A stretch of 64,000 nt of DNA from an uncultured Planctomycetaceae bacterium (GCA_964642855.1 CAZXSK010000010.1:3711-67710), one strand, 5' to 3'; positions 30,413-40,645 are shown, numbered from the stretch's first letter. Translations and numbers: made by a program. Notes: generated from the letters alone by a model not told the origin.

Positions 30413-30746
30413 CTTGCCCATCCTCGTCTGGGCCGCCTCCGTAGCATCCCCTGCCATGGAAGGGCGACGGGTTCACTGGGCAAGGCTCCATCCAGGCCCG
30501 TCCGAGACCGCTGCTGCCCTGCCGGGTCGACATGAGTTACACGGGCTAGCCAGCAGAAGGCCGGACTTCGGTGGACCCGTCGGGCAGTAGTACATCCATC
30601 GACAATCAAGCCCGAAAATCTCCAGCCGAAATGGTAAAATAGATAAGATGGGGGCTATGGGGTATATTGGCTCACAGGACGGAAGCCACCACTCAGTCGT
30701 CAAAATGGGAGCTTACCTTCAGCCGGAGCGAATCGAGAGAAGGCGA

Positions 30747-31691
30747 TCAGGCCGGGCTGTCTTCTTCTGCAGCTTCCGGGACCTCCAATGCCGCCTCCAC
30801 GCGGTTCCTGCCGGCAGACTTGGCCTGGTACATCGCCGAGTCCGCCTGATGGACAAGCTTCTCCACGTCACAGGGCTCTCCCGAAGCCGTCGTCGATACA
30901 CCCACGCTCACCGTCAGCGGAAGCTCGCCCCCGGGAATCTCGATCGGCTTGGCTGCTACGGCCTGTCGGAAGGCCTCGCCTCGCTCCATGGCCGAACCTG
31001 CGTCCATGCCCGGCAGGATGACCAGGAACTCCTCCCCGCCGTATCGGCCCAGCGAATCGTAGGGGCGAATCGTCTTCAGCATCCGCCTGGATATCTCCTG
31101 GAGCGCGACGTCGCCGGCGCGGTGGCCGAACGTGTCGTTGACATTCTTGAAGAAGTCGATGTCCACCAGCAACAGGCTGAGAGGCTGTTGTTCCCTGCCG
31201 ACGCGGTCGATTTCCTTCTGAAGCACCTCCAGCGTGGCCGACCGGTTCAGCAACCCGGTGAGTGAATCGTGGGTGGCCTGTTGGCGCAGGGCAGACTGGG
31301 CGGCCAGGAGCTTGGTCTGCAGATCGATGATCCGGCGGGCTGCACGAAGGCGGACTTCCAGTTCGTCCGAGTCGAAGGGCTTGGTGACGTAGTCGTCCGC
31401 CCCTGCGTTGAGCCCCTCAATGATGTGTTCCTTCCGATCGCGCGCGGTGAGCAGGATGACATACGTGTAGTTCTCCTGCTGCTTCCTGCGGATCTGCTGA
31501 CACAACTCAACGCCATCCATGCGGGGCATAATCCAGTCGAAGATCGCCAGTTTGGGGGAGTCTTCCTCGTTGAACAGCTCCCACGCCTCCTGACCGTCAC
31601 AGGCTACCAGAACATCGTAGCCCCAGCGGCGGAGGGTACCCTCCAGCAGACGTCGGGAAACCGGTTCGTCTTCGGCAATCAGGACTCGCAC
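30747..31691 (-). CDS. Response-regulator diguanylate cyclase (REC-GGDEF)
   Basis: AED..D..MP..K receiver; HDSLTGL.NR, DIDFFK.VND.FGH..GD, RPYD I-site, GGEEF. Confidence 0.95.
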   Translation of the reverse strand: MRVLIAEDEPVSRRLLEGTLRRWGYDVLVACDGQEAWELFNEEDSPKLAIFDWIMPRMDGVELCQQIRRKQQENYTYVILLTARDRKEHIIEGLNAGADDYVTKPFDSDELEVRLRAARRIIDLQTKLLAAQSALRQQATHDSLTGLLNRSATLEVLQKEIDRVGREQQPLSLLLVDIDFFKNVNDTFGHRAGDVALQEISRRMLKTIRPYDSLGRYGGEEFLVILPGMDAGSAMERGEAFRQAVAAKPIEIPGGELPLTVSVGVSTTASGEPCDVEKLVHQADSAMYQAKSAGRNRVEAALEVPEAAEEDSPA

Positions 31692-34600
31692 GGAATCTGT
31701 TCCTTTCGCACGGTAGCCAGGACCTCTCGTAGACAGCGAACCTGGTCTTCGAGTTCTTCGGTCTTGGCGACCGCCTGAGTCATATCTCCCCTCTTGCCCA
31801 GTTCCTCCAGCTCCAGAGCACGGTCAAACACCCGCCCCGCGGCTACGCTTCCCGCGGCGCCTTTCAGGCTGTGCGCGCTTCGTGAAAGCTTCTCGGCGTC
31901 TCCAGCAGCAAGTGCTCCACGAATCTCCCGCAGCAACTCCGGGCTGGTTTCTTCGAAAATGTCCAGAACTTCCCCAAGCAGCTCCTTACTACCATCGGTC
32001 CGCGCCAGGGCTTTCTCCATATCAAAAATGGAAGCAATATTATCCTCTTTTCCGCTACCGCCTCGCTCTTCCGACGAACTCACTTCCTCCTCCTTCTCGC
32101 TTTCGACGTCCCGGCAGAGTCTGTCCAGTACAGCCTGCAGGTCCGGCGGGTTGACCGGCTTGGAGACGTAGTCGTCCATTCCCGCATCCAGGCAACGCTC
32201 ACGATCCCCCTTCATCGCGTGGGCGGTCATCGCGATGATGGGAATGTGGCGACGGGTGCCGGCTTCCTTCTTGCGGATTGCCTCGGTCGCCTCCAGGCCT
32301 GAGATTTCGGGCATCTGAATGTCCATCAGCACCACGTCGAATCCCCCGGACTCCACAGCTTCAATGGCCTGACGACCGTTTCCGACCACGGTCGTCTCGT
32401 GTCCCCACCGTTTGAGCAGATGGGCAGCCACGCGCTGATTGACGGGATTGTCTTCTGCCAGCAGAACCCGCAGAGGACGGCCGCTTCCGGGTTCCCCGCA
32501 TGGATCGATCTCGGACCGATCATCGGTGAATCCGGAGGGATCTCTCTGGCCCAGCACGACCATCAGCGAGTCCAGCAGATCCGAAGCCGTAATCGGCTTG
32601 GTGAGATGGGCATCCACGCCGACCTCCTTGCACCGGGAAACGTCTCTTCCCATCCCCCAGGCGGGGAGCATCAGGATCACCTTGTGCCCATCGGGCCAGC
32701 GGGAGCGCATCTGCTCGACCAACTGGAACCCATCGACGCGGGGCATGCCCGCATCAACAACGACCACGTCGTACCCATCTGCGTTGGTGCTCGCCCTGTC
32801 GAGGAACTCCATCGCCAGGCTGGCCGACTCCACGCCGTCGACCACCGCGTTCCACCGCTGCAGCATCCGCTCGATCACGTCTCTGCTTGCGCGGTTGTCA
32901 TCAACGACCAGAACCCTCAGGCCATCCAACGAGAGCCCGGTCTCCTCGGACCTGGGGAATTTCTGCTGCGACCGGTGACCAAACCAGGCGGTGAACTGGA
33001 ACGTGCTGCCCTTGTCGGGATGGCTCTCGACCCAGATGCTGCCGTCCATCATCTGCACCAGCTGCGCCGAGATCGAAAGCCCCAGGCCCGTGCCCCCGAA
33101 TTTGCGGGAGGTGGACCCGTCGGCCTGCTCGAACGCATCGAAGATCATCGGCAACTTCTCGCTCGGGATGCCGATTCCGGTGTCCTCGACAGCCACGTGC
33201 ACGCACGCCCTGCCGTCGTCGGTGGTTTCCTTGACCTTGACGCGAACAACAACCTGGCCGATCTCCGTGAACTTCACTGCATTTCCGACGAGGTTGACCA
33301 TGATCTGCCGCAGCCGCCCCGGGTCGCCGACCAGGCTGTCCGGGCAAGCGGGATCCACATCACAGACCAGCTCCAAGCCTTTGTTGGCGGCCTTGATCCG
33401 CATGCCGTTGATCGTCGATCGGATCGCGCTGCGGAGGGAGAAATCCAGTTCCTCAAGCAACAGCTTTCCCGCTTCGATCTTGGAGAAGTCCAGAATGTCG
33501 TTGATGATCGTCAGCAAGCTGTCTGCTGACTCCTTGACGGTCCGAAGGTGCTCCTGCTGCTCCTCGCTGAGTTCGGTAGCCAGCGCCATGTCCGTCATCC
33601 CGATGATTCCGTTCATGGGTGTGCGGATCTCGTGGGACATCTTCGCCAGGAAGTCGCTCTTGGCTCGACTGGCTTCCTCGGCTGCCCTGCGGGCCTGGAC
33701 AAGCTCCGTTACATCCACAAAGGACCAGATCCCGCCCACCACGCTGCCGTTCTCGTCGCGGACTTCGTCACCTGACCGGATAATCGCCAGTTCCTTCCCG
33801 CCGGCAGTGACCACCCGGGCTTCCTGACGAGTTACCTTGGCGATCTCCCAGTCGCTGGCGTTATCACCTGCCGGCAGATCAGGCTGCAGGAGGTTACAGG
33901 ACCGACCCAACACCGACTCCTCGCAGTAACCGGTGAGATTGCAGAACACCTCGTTGACGCTCGTGATCCGCAGCTGGTTGTCCACGGTGAGCATTGCGCC
34001 GGCGGCAGTGGACAGGAGCTTCTCCTGGAATTCGTTGGCTGCCCGAAGCGCGCGTTCGCGGCGCTCGAGGTCGTCGACCATGTTGAGCGTCGCGCGTCGA
34101 GCGTCTTCCAACTCCCTTGCCCGGGCAGAGAGTTCCTTGCTGATTTGCTCGGCATGGAGATGGGCGTTTCGCGCCGCCTCCTCCGCTCGCTTGCGTTCCG
34201 TTACATCGAACGCGATACCCACCATGCCCGTGATCTGACCGTGGGAGTCGCGCACGGGAGACAGCGAAATCGCAAACAGCGCCACTGAACCGTCCCGAAG
34301 CCTCGCAGCCCGTTCCATCTCCAGGCTCTCCCCTTCCTGCATCACCCTGGCGTCCTCGCGCTGGAAGCGCTTGGCCAGAGAAGGGGAAAACACCTCCTGG
34401 TCGGTCCTGCCAACCGGATCGTCCACACCGTGCGGCAGCGTCTCCAGAAAGGCCCGGTTCACCGCGGTGTACCGCCCCTGGGTGTCCTTCAGGAAGACAC
34501 CTGCGGGCACATTCTCGAGGATGGCCTCTTGGCGACGAAGCACTTCGTTGAGTTGATGGTTGGTCATCTGGCGGTCGAGAATTTCCGACACAGCACACCG

Positions 34601-35158
34601 CAGGCCGACTACTTCGCCCTCGCGCGATTTCAGCGGATAGCTGTTGACCAGAACAATCAACTCGCTTCCGTCAGTCCGAGTTGCACTGTACTCCGTCGAG
34701 CCGATCGGTTCACCGCGGGAAGCGATCCTGGAGATTCTCTGCATGACCCTGCCACGGTCGCGCAGGTGGATCAGTTGGGCAAGCCACACACCCCGGGACA
34801 GGTGCTCTTCACCCAGCCGAAACGTCTCACGGAAGGAGCGGTTCGTCCTCAGAATCTGACCGTCCATGCCCACCTCGATCAAACCCGTTGGCAACCAATC
34901 GAAGGCATCGGCGGGTAGATCGGCCGGGCCCTGTTCGGAGGGGACAGCCGGCGGCGTCAGTTTCCTTGTCATAGCCGCCGTTACGCAGACAGCCAACACA
35001 AGCCCTGCGCAACAAGCCCCGATCGCACCGGTCACAGGCCACGCCGCGCAGGCGCCCATCGCACCGGTCGCTGCGCCCAAGACGCATGGCAGGACCACGC
35101 CGACCCCATGGTTGAGCCCGCGCGCGGAATGCGCATCCTTGGGAGATTCGGAACTCAT
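31679..35158 (-). CDS. Hybrid sensor histidine kinase (TM, 3 PAS, HisKA, HATPase, 2 REC, Hpt)
   Basis: FLAKMSHEIRTPMNG, NLVGNAVKFT, DTGIG, GGTGLGL, two receivers, AHSLKG Hpt. Confidence 0.95.
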   Translation of the reverse strand: MSSESPKDAHSARGLNHGVGVVLPCVLGAATGAMGACAAWPVTGAIGACCAGLVLAVCVTAAMTRKLTPPAVPSEQGPADLPADAFDWLPTGLIEVGMDGQILRTNRSFRETFRLGEEHLSRGVWLAQLIHLRDRGRVMQRISRIASRGEPIGSTEYSATRTDGSELIVLVNSYPLKSREGEVVGLRCAVSEILDRQMTNHQLNEVLRRQEAILENVPAGVFLKDTQGRYTAVNRAFLETLPHGVDDPVGRTDQEVFSPSLAKRFQREDARVMQEGESLEMERAARLRDGSVALFAISLSPVRDSHGQITGMVGIAFDVTERKRAEEAARNAHLHAEQISKELSARARELEDARRATLNMVDDLERRERALRAANEFQEKLLSTAAGAMLTVDNQLRITSVNEVFCNLTGYCEESVLGRSCNLLQPDLPAGDNASDWEIAKVTRQEARVVTAGGKELAIIRSGDEVRDENGSVVGGIWSFVDVTELVQARRAAEEASRAKSDFLAKMSHEIRTPMNGIIGMTDMALATELSEEQQEHLRTVKESADSLLTIINDILDFSKIEAGKLLLEELDFSLRSAIRSTINGMRIKAANKGLELVCDVDPACPDSLVGDPGRLRQIMVNLVGNAVKFTEIGQVVVRVKVKETTDDGRACVHVAVEDTGIGIPSEKLPMIFDAFEQADGSTSRKFGGTGLGLSISAQLVQMMDGSIWVESHPDKGSTFQFTAWFGHRSQQKFPRSEETGLSLDGLRVLVVDDNRASRDVIERMLQRWNAVVDGVESASLAMEFLDRASTNADGYDVVVVDAGMPRVDGFQLVEQMRSRWPDGHKVILMLPAWGMGRDVSRCKEVGVDAHLTKPITASDLLDSLMVVLGQRDPSGFTDDRSEIDPCGEPGSGRPLRVLLAEDNPVNQRVAAHLLKRWGHETTVVGNGRQAIEAVESGGFDVVLMDIQMPEISGLEATEAIRKKEAGTRRHIPIIAMTAHAMKGDRERCLDAGMDDYVSKPVNPPDLQAVLDRLCRDVESEKEEEVSSSEERGGSGKEDNIASIFDMEKALARTDGSKELLGEVLDIFEETSPELLREIRGALAAGDAEKLSRSAHSLKGAAGSVAAGRVFDRALELEELGKRGDMTQAVAKTEELEDQVRCLREVLATVRKEQIPCES

Positions 35159-35994
35159 GGTTTCGGCTCCGTGGGCGACCACCTCGTATCGCGCGAATGG
35201 AGCCCGTCAAGCATCTCCGGAGAAAGCTCATATGGAGTCGACACACCCGCCCTGCGGGCCATCTCGTTGACTTCCTGCTTGAGCTCGATCATCCGCAACT
35301 CGCGATCGACGGTCATGCGGTTGAACCGCTCGAGCTCAGCGATCTTCTCCTGGAGTTGGTCCTGCACGTGCTGTGAATGCACGATCCGCTCTTCCAGATC
35401 GTTGTTGGTCCGGCGCAGCTCCTCGGTCTTGGTACGAACCTGCTGAAGCATCCATGCCTGCCCGACCCGCAGCTGCTGCTCCACGCGCCATTTGGTACCC
35501 AGGGCAACCGTGAACTGACGGATCTCCTGGGCATGGAAGGGCTTCTCCACGAACAGAAGCCGATCGGGCGGAGGCACCCGGTACATCAGTTCCATCGGGT
35601 CGGCAAGCGAGTGACCGGTGACCAGTACGATCTGGATGTTGTGATCGATGATCCGGATCTGCTCGGCCGTCCATTTGCCGTCCGGGCCCGGGGGCATGTT
35701 CAGATCGATAAACGCCACAGCGAACGGCTTGCCGTCATCGCAGGACCTGCGAACTACCTCGATGGCCTCGTCGCCCTGGCGGCAGCAAGTCAGTTCCGCC
35801 TCGGGAAGCTGCGGAACCATGCCTCGGCCGCCGAAGAGCCTGTCGGTCAGGTCCTCCATCTTGTCCCGGTCCTGGCTGTCTCCTGCGAGATTGCGCGTTA
35901 TGACCTTGCGGTACAGGTCAAGCGTGGGCTGCTCGTCATCGACGGCAAGCACGCGGATCGGCTGGACGCGATGGTCTGTCCTGTTCCTGCTCAC
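35155..35994 (-). CDS. Response regulator (REC + C-terminal coiled coil)
   Basis: VDDE..FIDLNMPPGPDG..KPF; C-terminal RELRMIELKQEVN. Confidence 0.85.
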   Translation of the reverse strand: MSRNRTDHRVQPIRVLAVDDEQPTLDLYRKVITRNLAGDSQDRDKMEDLTDRLFGGRGMVPQLPEAELTCCRQGDEAIEVVRRSCDDGKPFAVAFIDLNMPPGPDGKWTAEQIRIIDHNIQIVLVTGHSLADPMELMYRVPPPDRLLFVEKPFHAQEIRQFTVALGTKWRVEQQLRVGQAWMLQQVRTKTEELRRTNNDLEERIVHSQHVQDQLQEKIAELERFNRMTVDRELRMIELKQEVNEMARRAGVSTPYELSPEMLDGLHSRDTRWSPTEPKP

Positions 35995-37139
35995 TTGCCA
36001 GACCTCGCCTTCGCTTCGGGCATGGCGACCTGAATCTCCAACTGCTGGTCGGTTGCCTGCAGTTCGATCTCACCGCCCAGAGCCCGGATGATTCTTCTCG
36101 CCCAGGACAGGTCAACGCGATCCAGAATGTTCTTCCCGCTTTGATCCTCGTCGAAGATCCAGTCCAGATCGCTTTGCCCTGGGGTACCGGCCGGAACCGA
36201 CACAACCAGCCAGGGATCCAGGTCTCCATCTTCAGATAACTTGGCCGACACGGAGGCTATTCTCTCGCCGCGTCCGGTGCGCCTGGCATAATCGAAGGCG
36301 AACTCCAGCAGGTTGACCAGCACCTCGCGAACCGTAGCGATCTCCACCCTGACCTCTCCGACACGCTCAACGGACCGGTCCACGTGAACCACCCCGGGCC
36401 GAACTGATTCTTCCCGGGCAATCCTGGCCGCCTCGCTCACCAGTTCGGCCAGCGGGACCGACTCGACGACCCCCCTGGCCCGGACCTCCGGGCTGGCATT
36501 GCGGATCATCGCCTCGACCTCATGGGTTATATTGATCAACAGGTCCATCTGGCTTCGTCCCTGGTCGACCACTCGCATCAGGCGATCGGTCCCAAGGGCC
36601 AGATATTCCAGCAGGTCCTCCTTGCGGGAGGCGTCGGTCTCATTACCGGCCAGTTCCAGCCTGGCTTCCTGCAAATGCTCCAAGGGCACGGAGTTCAGGT
36701 CTTCGCGAAGCATCTCCAGTCGTCCGGCCAGCGGAGTCAGCGCGTTGCAGATATCGTGGAGGAACCGCGAGGAGACCCCGGCCCGGTTGAGCTGGCGAGT
36801 TTGGGTGGTCAGGCGTCGGTTGCTCTGGCGAATACGCTGGGCAGCACCATCGAGCGTTTCCTCCAACTGGCGGATCTCGTCGGAACAACCATATCTTCCG
36901 CGTTGACGACGGGCCTGCCCTTTGACATCGGCGGCAAAGTCACTCAGGCGGGCGAGCGGAACCACAACGGTTCTTCGCAGCAGAAGATACAGTGTACCGA
37001 GCATCACTCCGGACATGGCCAGAGTCATCAGTAATGGAGGGATCGGACGAAATGCCCAGCGGTTCAGCAGCAGCTCCACGCCGACGCATAGCGCAATGAC
37101 GCCAAGAATCATAAGACCGAGTTTGGTGCGTATGGACAT
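35991..37139 (-). CDS. Membrane histidine-kinase-like protein with degenerate ATPase domain
   Basis: Two TM helices, HAMP, H-box FLHDICNALTPL; N/G1/G2 boxes eroded. Confidence 0.7.
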   Translation of the reverse strand: MSIRTKLGLMILGVIALCVGVELLLNRWAFRPIPPLLMTLAMSGVMLGTLYLLLRRTVVVPLARLSDFAADVKGQARRQRGRYGCSDEIRQLEETLDGAAQRIRQSNRRLTTQTRQLNRAGVSSRFLHDICNALTPLAGRLEMLREDLNSVPLEHLQEARLELAGNETDASRKEDLLEYLALGTDRLMRVVDQGRSQMDLLINITHEVEAMIRNASPEVRARGVVESVPLAELVSEAARIAREESVRPGVVHVDRSVERVGEVRVEIATVREVLVNLLEFAFDYARRTGRGERIASVSAKLSEDGDLDPWLVVSVPAGTPGQSDLDWIFDEDQSGKNILDRVDLSWARRIIRALGGEIELQATDQQLEIQVAMPEAKARSGK

Positions 37140-37348
37140 CGTCCTCCGGTTCCCTTATAAGCCCCTATATAATTGCCACTTACGAGCGAGTCATCTGCAT
37201 ACGCGAAGGTCCACGAGCCTGCGGCCGATGCGTAGAGCATTGACGGATCCTCCGGGAGGGTTCCTGCCCTCCTGCCTGAGCTATCGACATCGGAAAGGGC
37301 TACGTTTACTAAGTCGCTGCAAGGAATAGGGATTCTTTGTCATGCCCA

Positions 37349-37377
37349 TTGCCCCTGCAAGCCTTCCAAGGTACATT
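37349..37377 (+). promoter_or_regulatory. Sigma70 promoter, leaderless ispF
   Basis: TTGCCC-N17-TACATT, 7 nt before ATG 37385; no SD sequence. Confidence 0.65.
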
Positions 37378-37384
37378 CCCACCC

Positions 37385-37864
37385 ATGGCACGCATCGGAT
37401 TCGGATACGACTCCCATCGCTTCACGTCCGACAGGCCCCTGGTTCTCGGCGGGGTCACAATCGACTACGAGCAGGGACTTGCAGGCCACAGCGACGCCGA
37501 CGTGGTGCTCCATGCTCTGACCGATGCAATCCTTGGAGCCATCGCAGCTGGCGACATCGGCCAGCAGTTCCCGGACACCGATACTCGTTGGAAAGGCGCT
37601 GACTCGACACAGTTCCTTGCCCATGCAGTTGAACTGGCCTGGCAGCAAGGGCTTACCGTCGCCAACGCCGACATCACCATCCTGGCCGAGGCCCCCACAC
37701 TCGGACCCGTCAAGAAGCACATCGCCGACCGCATCGGAGGGCTGTTGAACGTCTCAACCGGCTGCGTGTCCGTCAAGGCCAAGACCGGCGAGGGCATGGA
37801 CGCGGTGGGGCGAGGCGAAGGGATCGTAGCGATGGCGGCGGTCCTCCTCGAACAACACGGATGA
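37385..37864 (+). CDS. ispF: 2-C-methyl-D-erythritol 2,4-cyclodiphosphate synthase
   Basis: RIGFGYDSH, GHSDADV..HA..DA.LGA, GDIG..FP, SVKAKT.E. Confidence 0.96.
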   Translation: MARIGFGYDSHRFTSDRPLVLGGVTIDYEQGLAGHSDADVVLHALTDAILGAIAAGDIGQQFPDTDTRWKGADSTQFLAHAVELAWQQGLTVANADITILAEAPTLGPVKKHIADRIGGLLNVSTGCVSVKAKTGEGMDAVGRGEGIVAMAAVLLEQHG

Positions 37865-37946
37865 CTCACCCCTTCCACGCTCGGAGGGATCCTGTATAAT
37901 CCCCCTCTTGCCAAGCCGTTGTGTTCAGGATAGCAACCCAGCGGCC

Positions 37947-37952
37947 TACAAT
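37947..37952 (+). promoter_or_regulatory. -10 box before cysS
   Basis: TACAAT 8 nt before ATG 37961; a further TATAAT at 37895-37900. Confidence 0.45.
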
Positions 37953-37960
37953 GCAGCGAC

Positions 37961-39370
37961 ATGGATACCGATAAGATGGAAACGATCAAGCTCTACAATA
38001 CCCTCACCCGGAGCAAGGACCCACTCGAAACAATCGAGGAAGGCAAGGTTCGCCTCTACACTTGCGGCCCGACGGTCTACAATTACGCCCACATAGGCAA
38101 TCTGCGGACGTACGTATTTGAAGACGTCCTGAAGCGAGCCCTCCAGCTGGTCGGCTTCGAGGTCCACCACGTGATGAATGTGACCGACGTAGGCCATCTC
38201 ACCGATGACGCCGACGCCGGGGAAGACAAAATGGAGAAGGGCGCCCAGCGCGAGGGCAAGACGGTCTGGGACATCGCCGAGGAGTACTGGCAGGCCTTCC
38301 GGCTGGACCTCCAGAGACTCAACGTCATCGAGCCGACCGTGTGGTGCAAGGCCACCGAACACATCGAGGAGCAGATCGACCAGGTCCGAGCCCTTGAGCA
38401 GAAAGGCTATACCTACATCATCGACGATGGCGTGTATTTCGACACGTCCAAGCTGGACGACTACGGCAAGCTTGCCCGGCTGGACATAGAGAACCTCAGG
38501 GCCGGCGCCCGCATCGAAATGGTCCAGGGGAAACGAAACCCCACGGACTTTGCCCTGTGGAAGTTCTCGCCGAAAGACAAACAGCGTCAGATGGAATGGC
38601 CCAGCCCGTGGGGCAAGGGGTTCCCCGGCTGGCACATCGAGTGCTCCGCGATGGCGATGAAGTATCTCGGCGAGAGGCTGGACATTCACTGCGGCGGGAT
38701 CGACCACATCCCGGTTCACCATACCAACGAGATCGCCCAGGCAGAGGCAGCGATCGGCCACAAGTGGTGCAACTGGTGGATGCACGGCGAATTCCTGACT
38801 TCCGGAGAGAAGATGAGCAAATCGTCAGGCGAGTTCCTGACACTCCAGTTGCTGGTCGACAGGGGCTACGAACCGCTGGCGTACCGCCTGTTCCTTCTCG
38901 GCGCGCATTACCGGCAGCAACTTGCCTTTTCGTGGGAAGGCCTCGACTCCGCGACAAGCGCCTACTCTCGGTTAAGATCGGCCGTCTGCGAGCTTCGGGC
39001 TGAGCAGACCGGCCCGGGCCAGCCGATAGACCAACACATGGAGGCCTTCACCCAAGCGGTCAAGGACGACCTGAACATGCCCCGCGCCCTGGCGGCCATG
39101 TGGAACGCCCTCAAGGACACCAGCGCATCCAGTGACGACCTCTACGCCACCCTTCTGAAAATGGACGAAGTCCTCGGGCTGGGCTTGGCCGTAATGGAAC
39201 CAACCGAACTGGGTATCGGCGAAGACGAGATCCGTGCCCTGATCGACGAGCGAGAGCAGGCCCGAGCCAACAAAGACTACGCCCGGGCCGATGCCATCCG
39301 CGACGAACTCGCCGAGAAGGGAATCGAGATCAAGGATTCTCCCGAGGGCACGACCTGGAAGCAGAAATAG
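37961..39370 (+). CDS. cysS: Cysteine--tRNA ligase
   Basis: CGPTVY..HIGN, GFPGWHIECSAM, KMSKS. Confidence 0.97.
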   Translation: MDTDKMETIKLYNTLTRSKDPLETIEEGKVRLYTCGPTVYNYAHIGNLRTYVFEDVLKRALQLVGFEVHHVMNVTDVGHLTDDADAGEDKMEKGAQREGKTVWDIAEEYWQAFRLDLQRLNVIEPTVWCKATEHIEEQIDQVRALEQKGYTYIIDDGVYFDTSKLDDYGKLARLDIENLRAGARIEMVQGKRNPTDFALWKFSPKDKQRQMEWPSPWGKGFPGWHIECSAMAMKYLGERLDIHCGGIDHIPVHHTNEIAQAEAAIGHKWCNWWMHGEFLTSGEKMSKSSGEFLTLQLLVDRGYEPLAYRLFLLGAHYRQQLAFSWEGLDSATSAYSRLRSAVCELRAEQTGPGQPIDQHMEAFTQAVKDDLNMPRALAAMWNALKDTSASSDDLYATLLKMDEVLGLGLAVMEPTELGIGEDEIRALIDEREQARANKDYARADAIRDELAEKGIEIKDSPEGTTWKQK

Positions 39371-39431
39371 CGGGCGCTCAGGACTCAGGAAGCTCTACCG
39401 GACCAGACCATGCCTGTGGTACAACCACCCC

Positions 39432-39920
39432 ATGGTCGACAAGAGCACCTATCGCGTACTGGGGATCGATCCGGGCCTGAACATCACCGGATATGGGGCC
39501 GTCGACTTCGACGGCCGGGATTTCCGCGTCATCGAAGCCGGGACCATTCAGACCGACCGCAAGGCTTCCCTCGCACGTCGAATCGAACAGATCCACGTTG
39601 ACCTGACGGAAATCCTGGGTGACCTCCAGCCCGATGCCATGGCCGTCGAGAAGCTCTACGCACATTACCGGCATCCCCGGACTTCGATTCTCATGGGCCA
39701 TGCGCGCGGGGTCATTCTCCTGGCTGCGAGTCAGGCGAATGTCGCCCTGCGAGATCTTCCCGCGACCGAGATCAAAAAGAACCTCACCGGCAATGGGCAC
39801 GCCACCAAACACCAGATGCAACGGGCGATTCAGTCGGCACTGTCGCTGCAGGAGCTGCCCAGCCCACCGGACGTGGCCGACGCCCTGGCGGTCGCGCTGT
39901 GTGCGTGCAGGAAGGTCTAG
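39432..39920 (+). CDS. ruvC: Holliday junction resolvase RuvC
   Basis: LGIDPGL..TGYG, AVE, HARG, ATKHQMQ, DVADALAVA. Confidence 0.95.
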   Translation: MVDKSTYRVLGIDPGLNITGYGAVDFDGRDFRVIEAGTIQTDRKASLARRIEQIHVDLTEILGDLQPDAMAVEKLYAHYRHPRTSILMGHARGVILLAASQANVALRDLPATEIKKNLTGNGHATKHQMQRAIQSALSLQELPSPPDVADALAVALCACRKV

Positions 39921-40018
39921 TGACTCTGCAGAGAAGCGGAGCGAAATCCCACGGATCGGCTTCAGAAGCGTTGAAAACGATTCGCACTTTGTTAGGATAG
40001 GCTCCAACGGAGCCAGGC

Positions 40019-40645
40019 ATGATCTCACGCATATCGGGAAGACTGGAAGAAATCGCCGACGGAGCGGTGCAGCTCGACACGGGAAGCGGCCTGTGGTACG
40101 AAGTGCTTGCTCCCGCCTGCGACATCGAGAAACTCACGCGGCGCCTTGGCCAGGAGGTCGTGCTCTTCACGATCCACTACTTCGAAGGCGACCCTTCCCA
40201 CGGCCAGCAGACGCCCCGCTTGATCGGCTTCCTGAACGATACCGATCGCGACTTTTTCCGCCTGTTCACAACGGTCAAAGGCATCGGGATTCGTAAGGCG
40301 CTGCGAGCTCTGGTGCGCCCCCCCGCTGAAGTAGCCGGCGCCATCGGAGGTAAGGATGCCAAGTTCCTCAAATCTCTGCCCGAAATCGGTCAGCGGACCG
40401 CAGAACGCATCATTACCGAACTCCATGACAAAGTCGAAGCCTTTGGGACGACTGCTTCAACCGGCGAACAAGCGGGCGAACTCAGTGAAGCCGCCCAGGA
40501 GGCGATTTCTGTTCTGGTCCAACTCGGGGAGCGCCATGCCGATGCAGCTGCACTGGTGGAGCGGGTCATGAATGTTTCTCCGGATGCCTCCGAACCGCAG
40601 GAGATTATCCAGTTGGTCTACCGACTCAAGGCAGGAGCAAAATAG
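40019..40645 (+). CDS. ruvA: Holliday junction branch migration protein RuvA
   Basis: MISRISG.L, L.GF..R.FF.L.TVKGIG, LPEIG.RTAERI..EL. Confidence 0.93.
   Translation: MISRISGRLEEIADGAVQLDTGSGLWYEVLAPACDIEKLTRRLGQEVVLFTIHYFEGDPSHGQQTPRLIGFLNDTDRDFFRLFTTVKGIGIRKALRALVRPPAEVAGAIGGKDAKFLKSLPEIGQRTAERIITELHDKVEAFGTTASTGEQAGELSEAAQEAISVLVQLGERHADAAALVERVMNVSPDASEPQEIIQLVYRLKAGAK

Noticed and set aside
30632-30640. Plus-strand TGGTAAAAT extended -10 pointing antisense into the diguanylate cyclase
   Set aside because: No -35 box, ORF or terminator supports a transcript; a single 9-mer can arise by chance in an AT-rich spacer.
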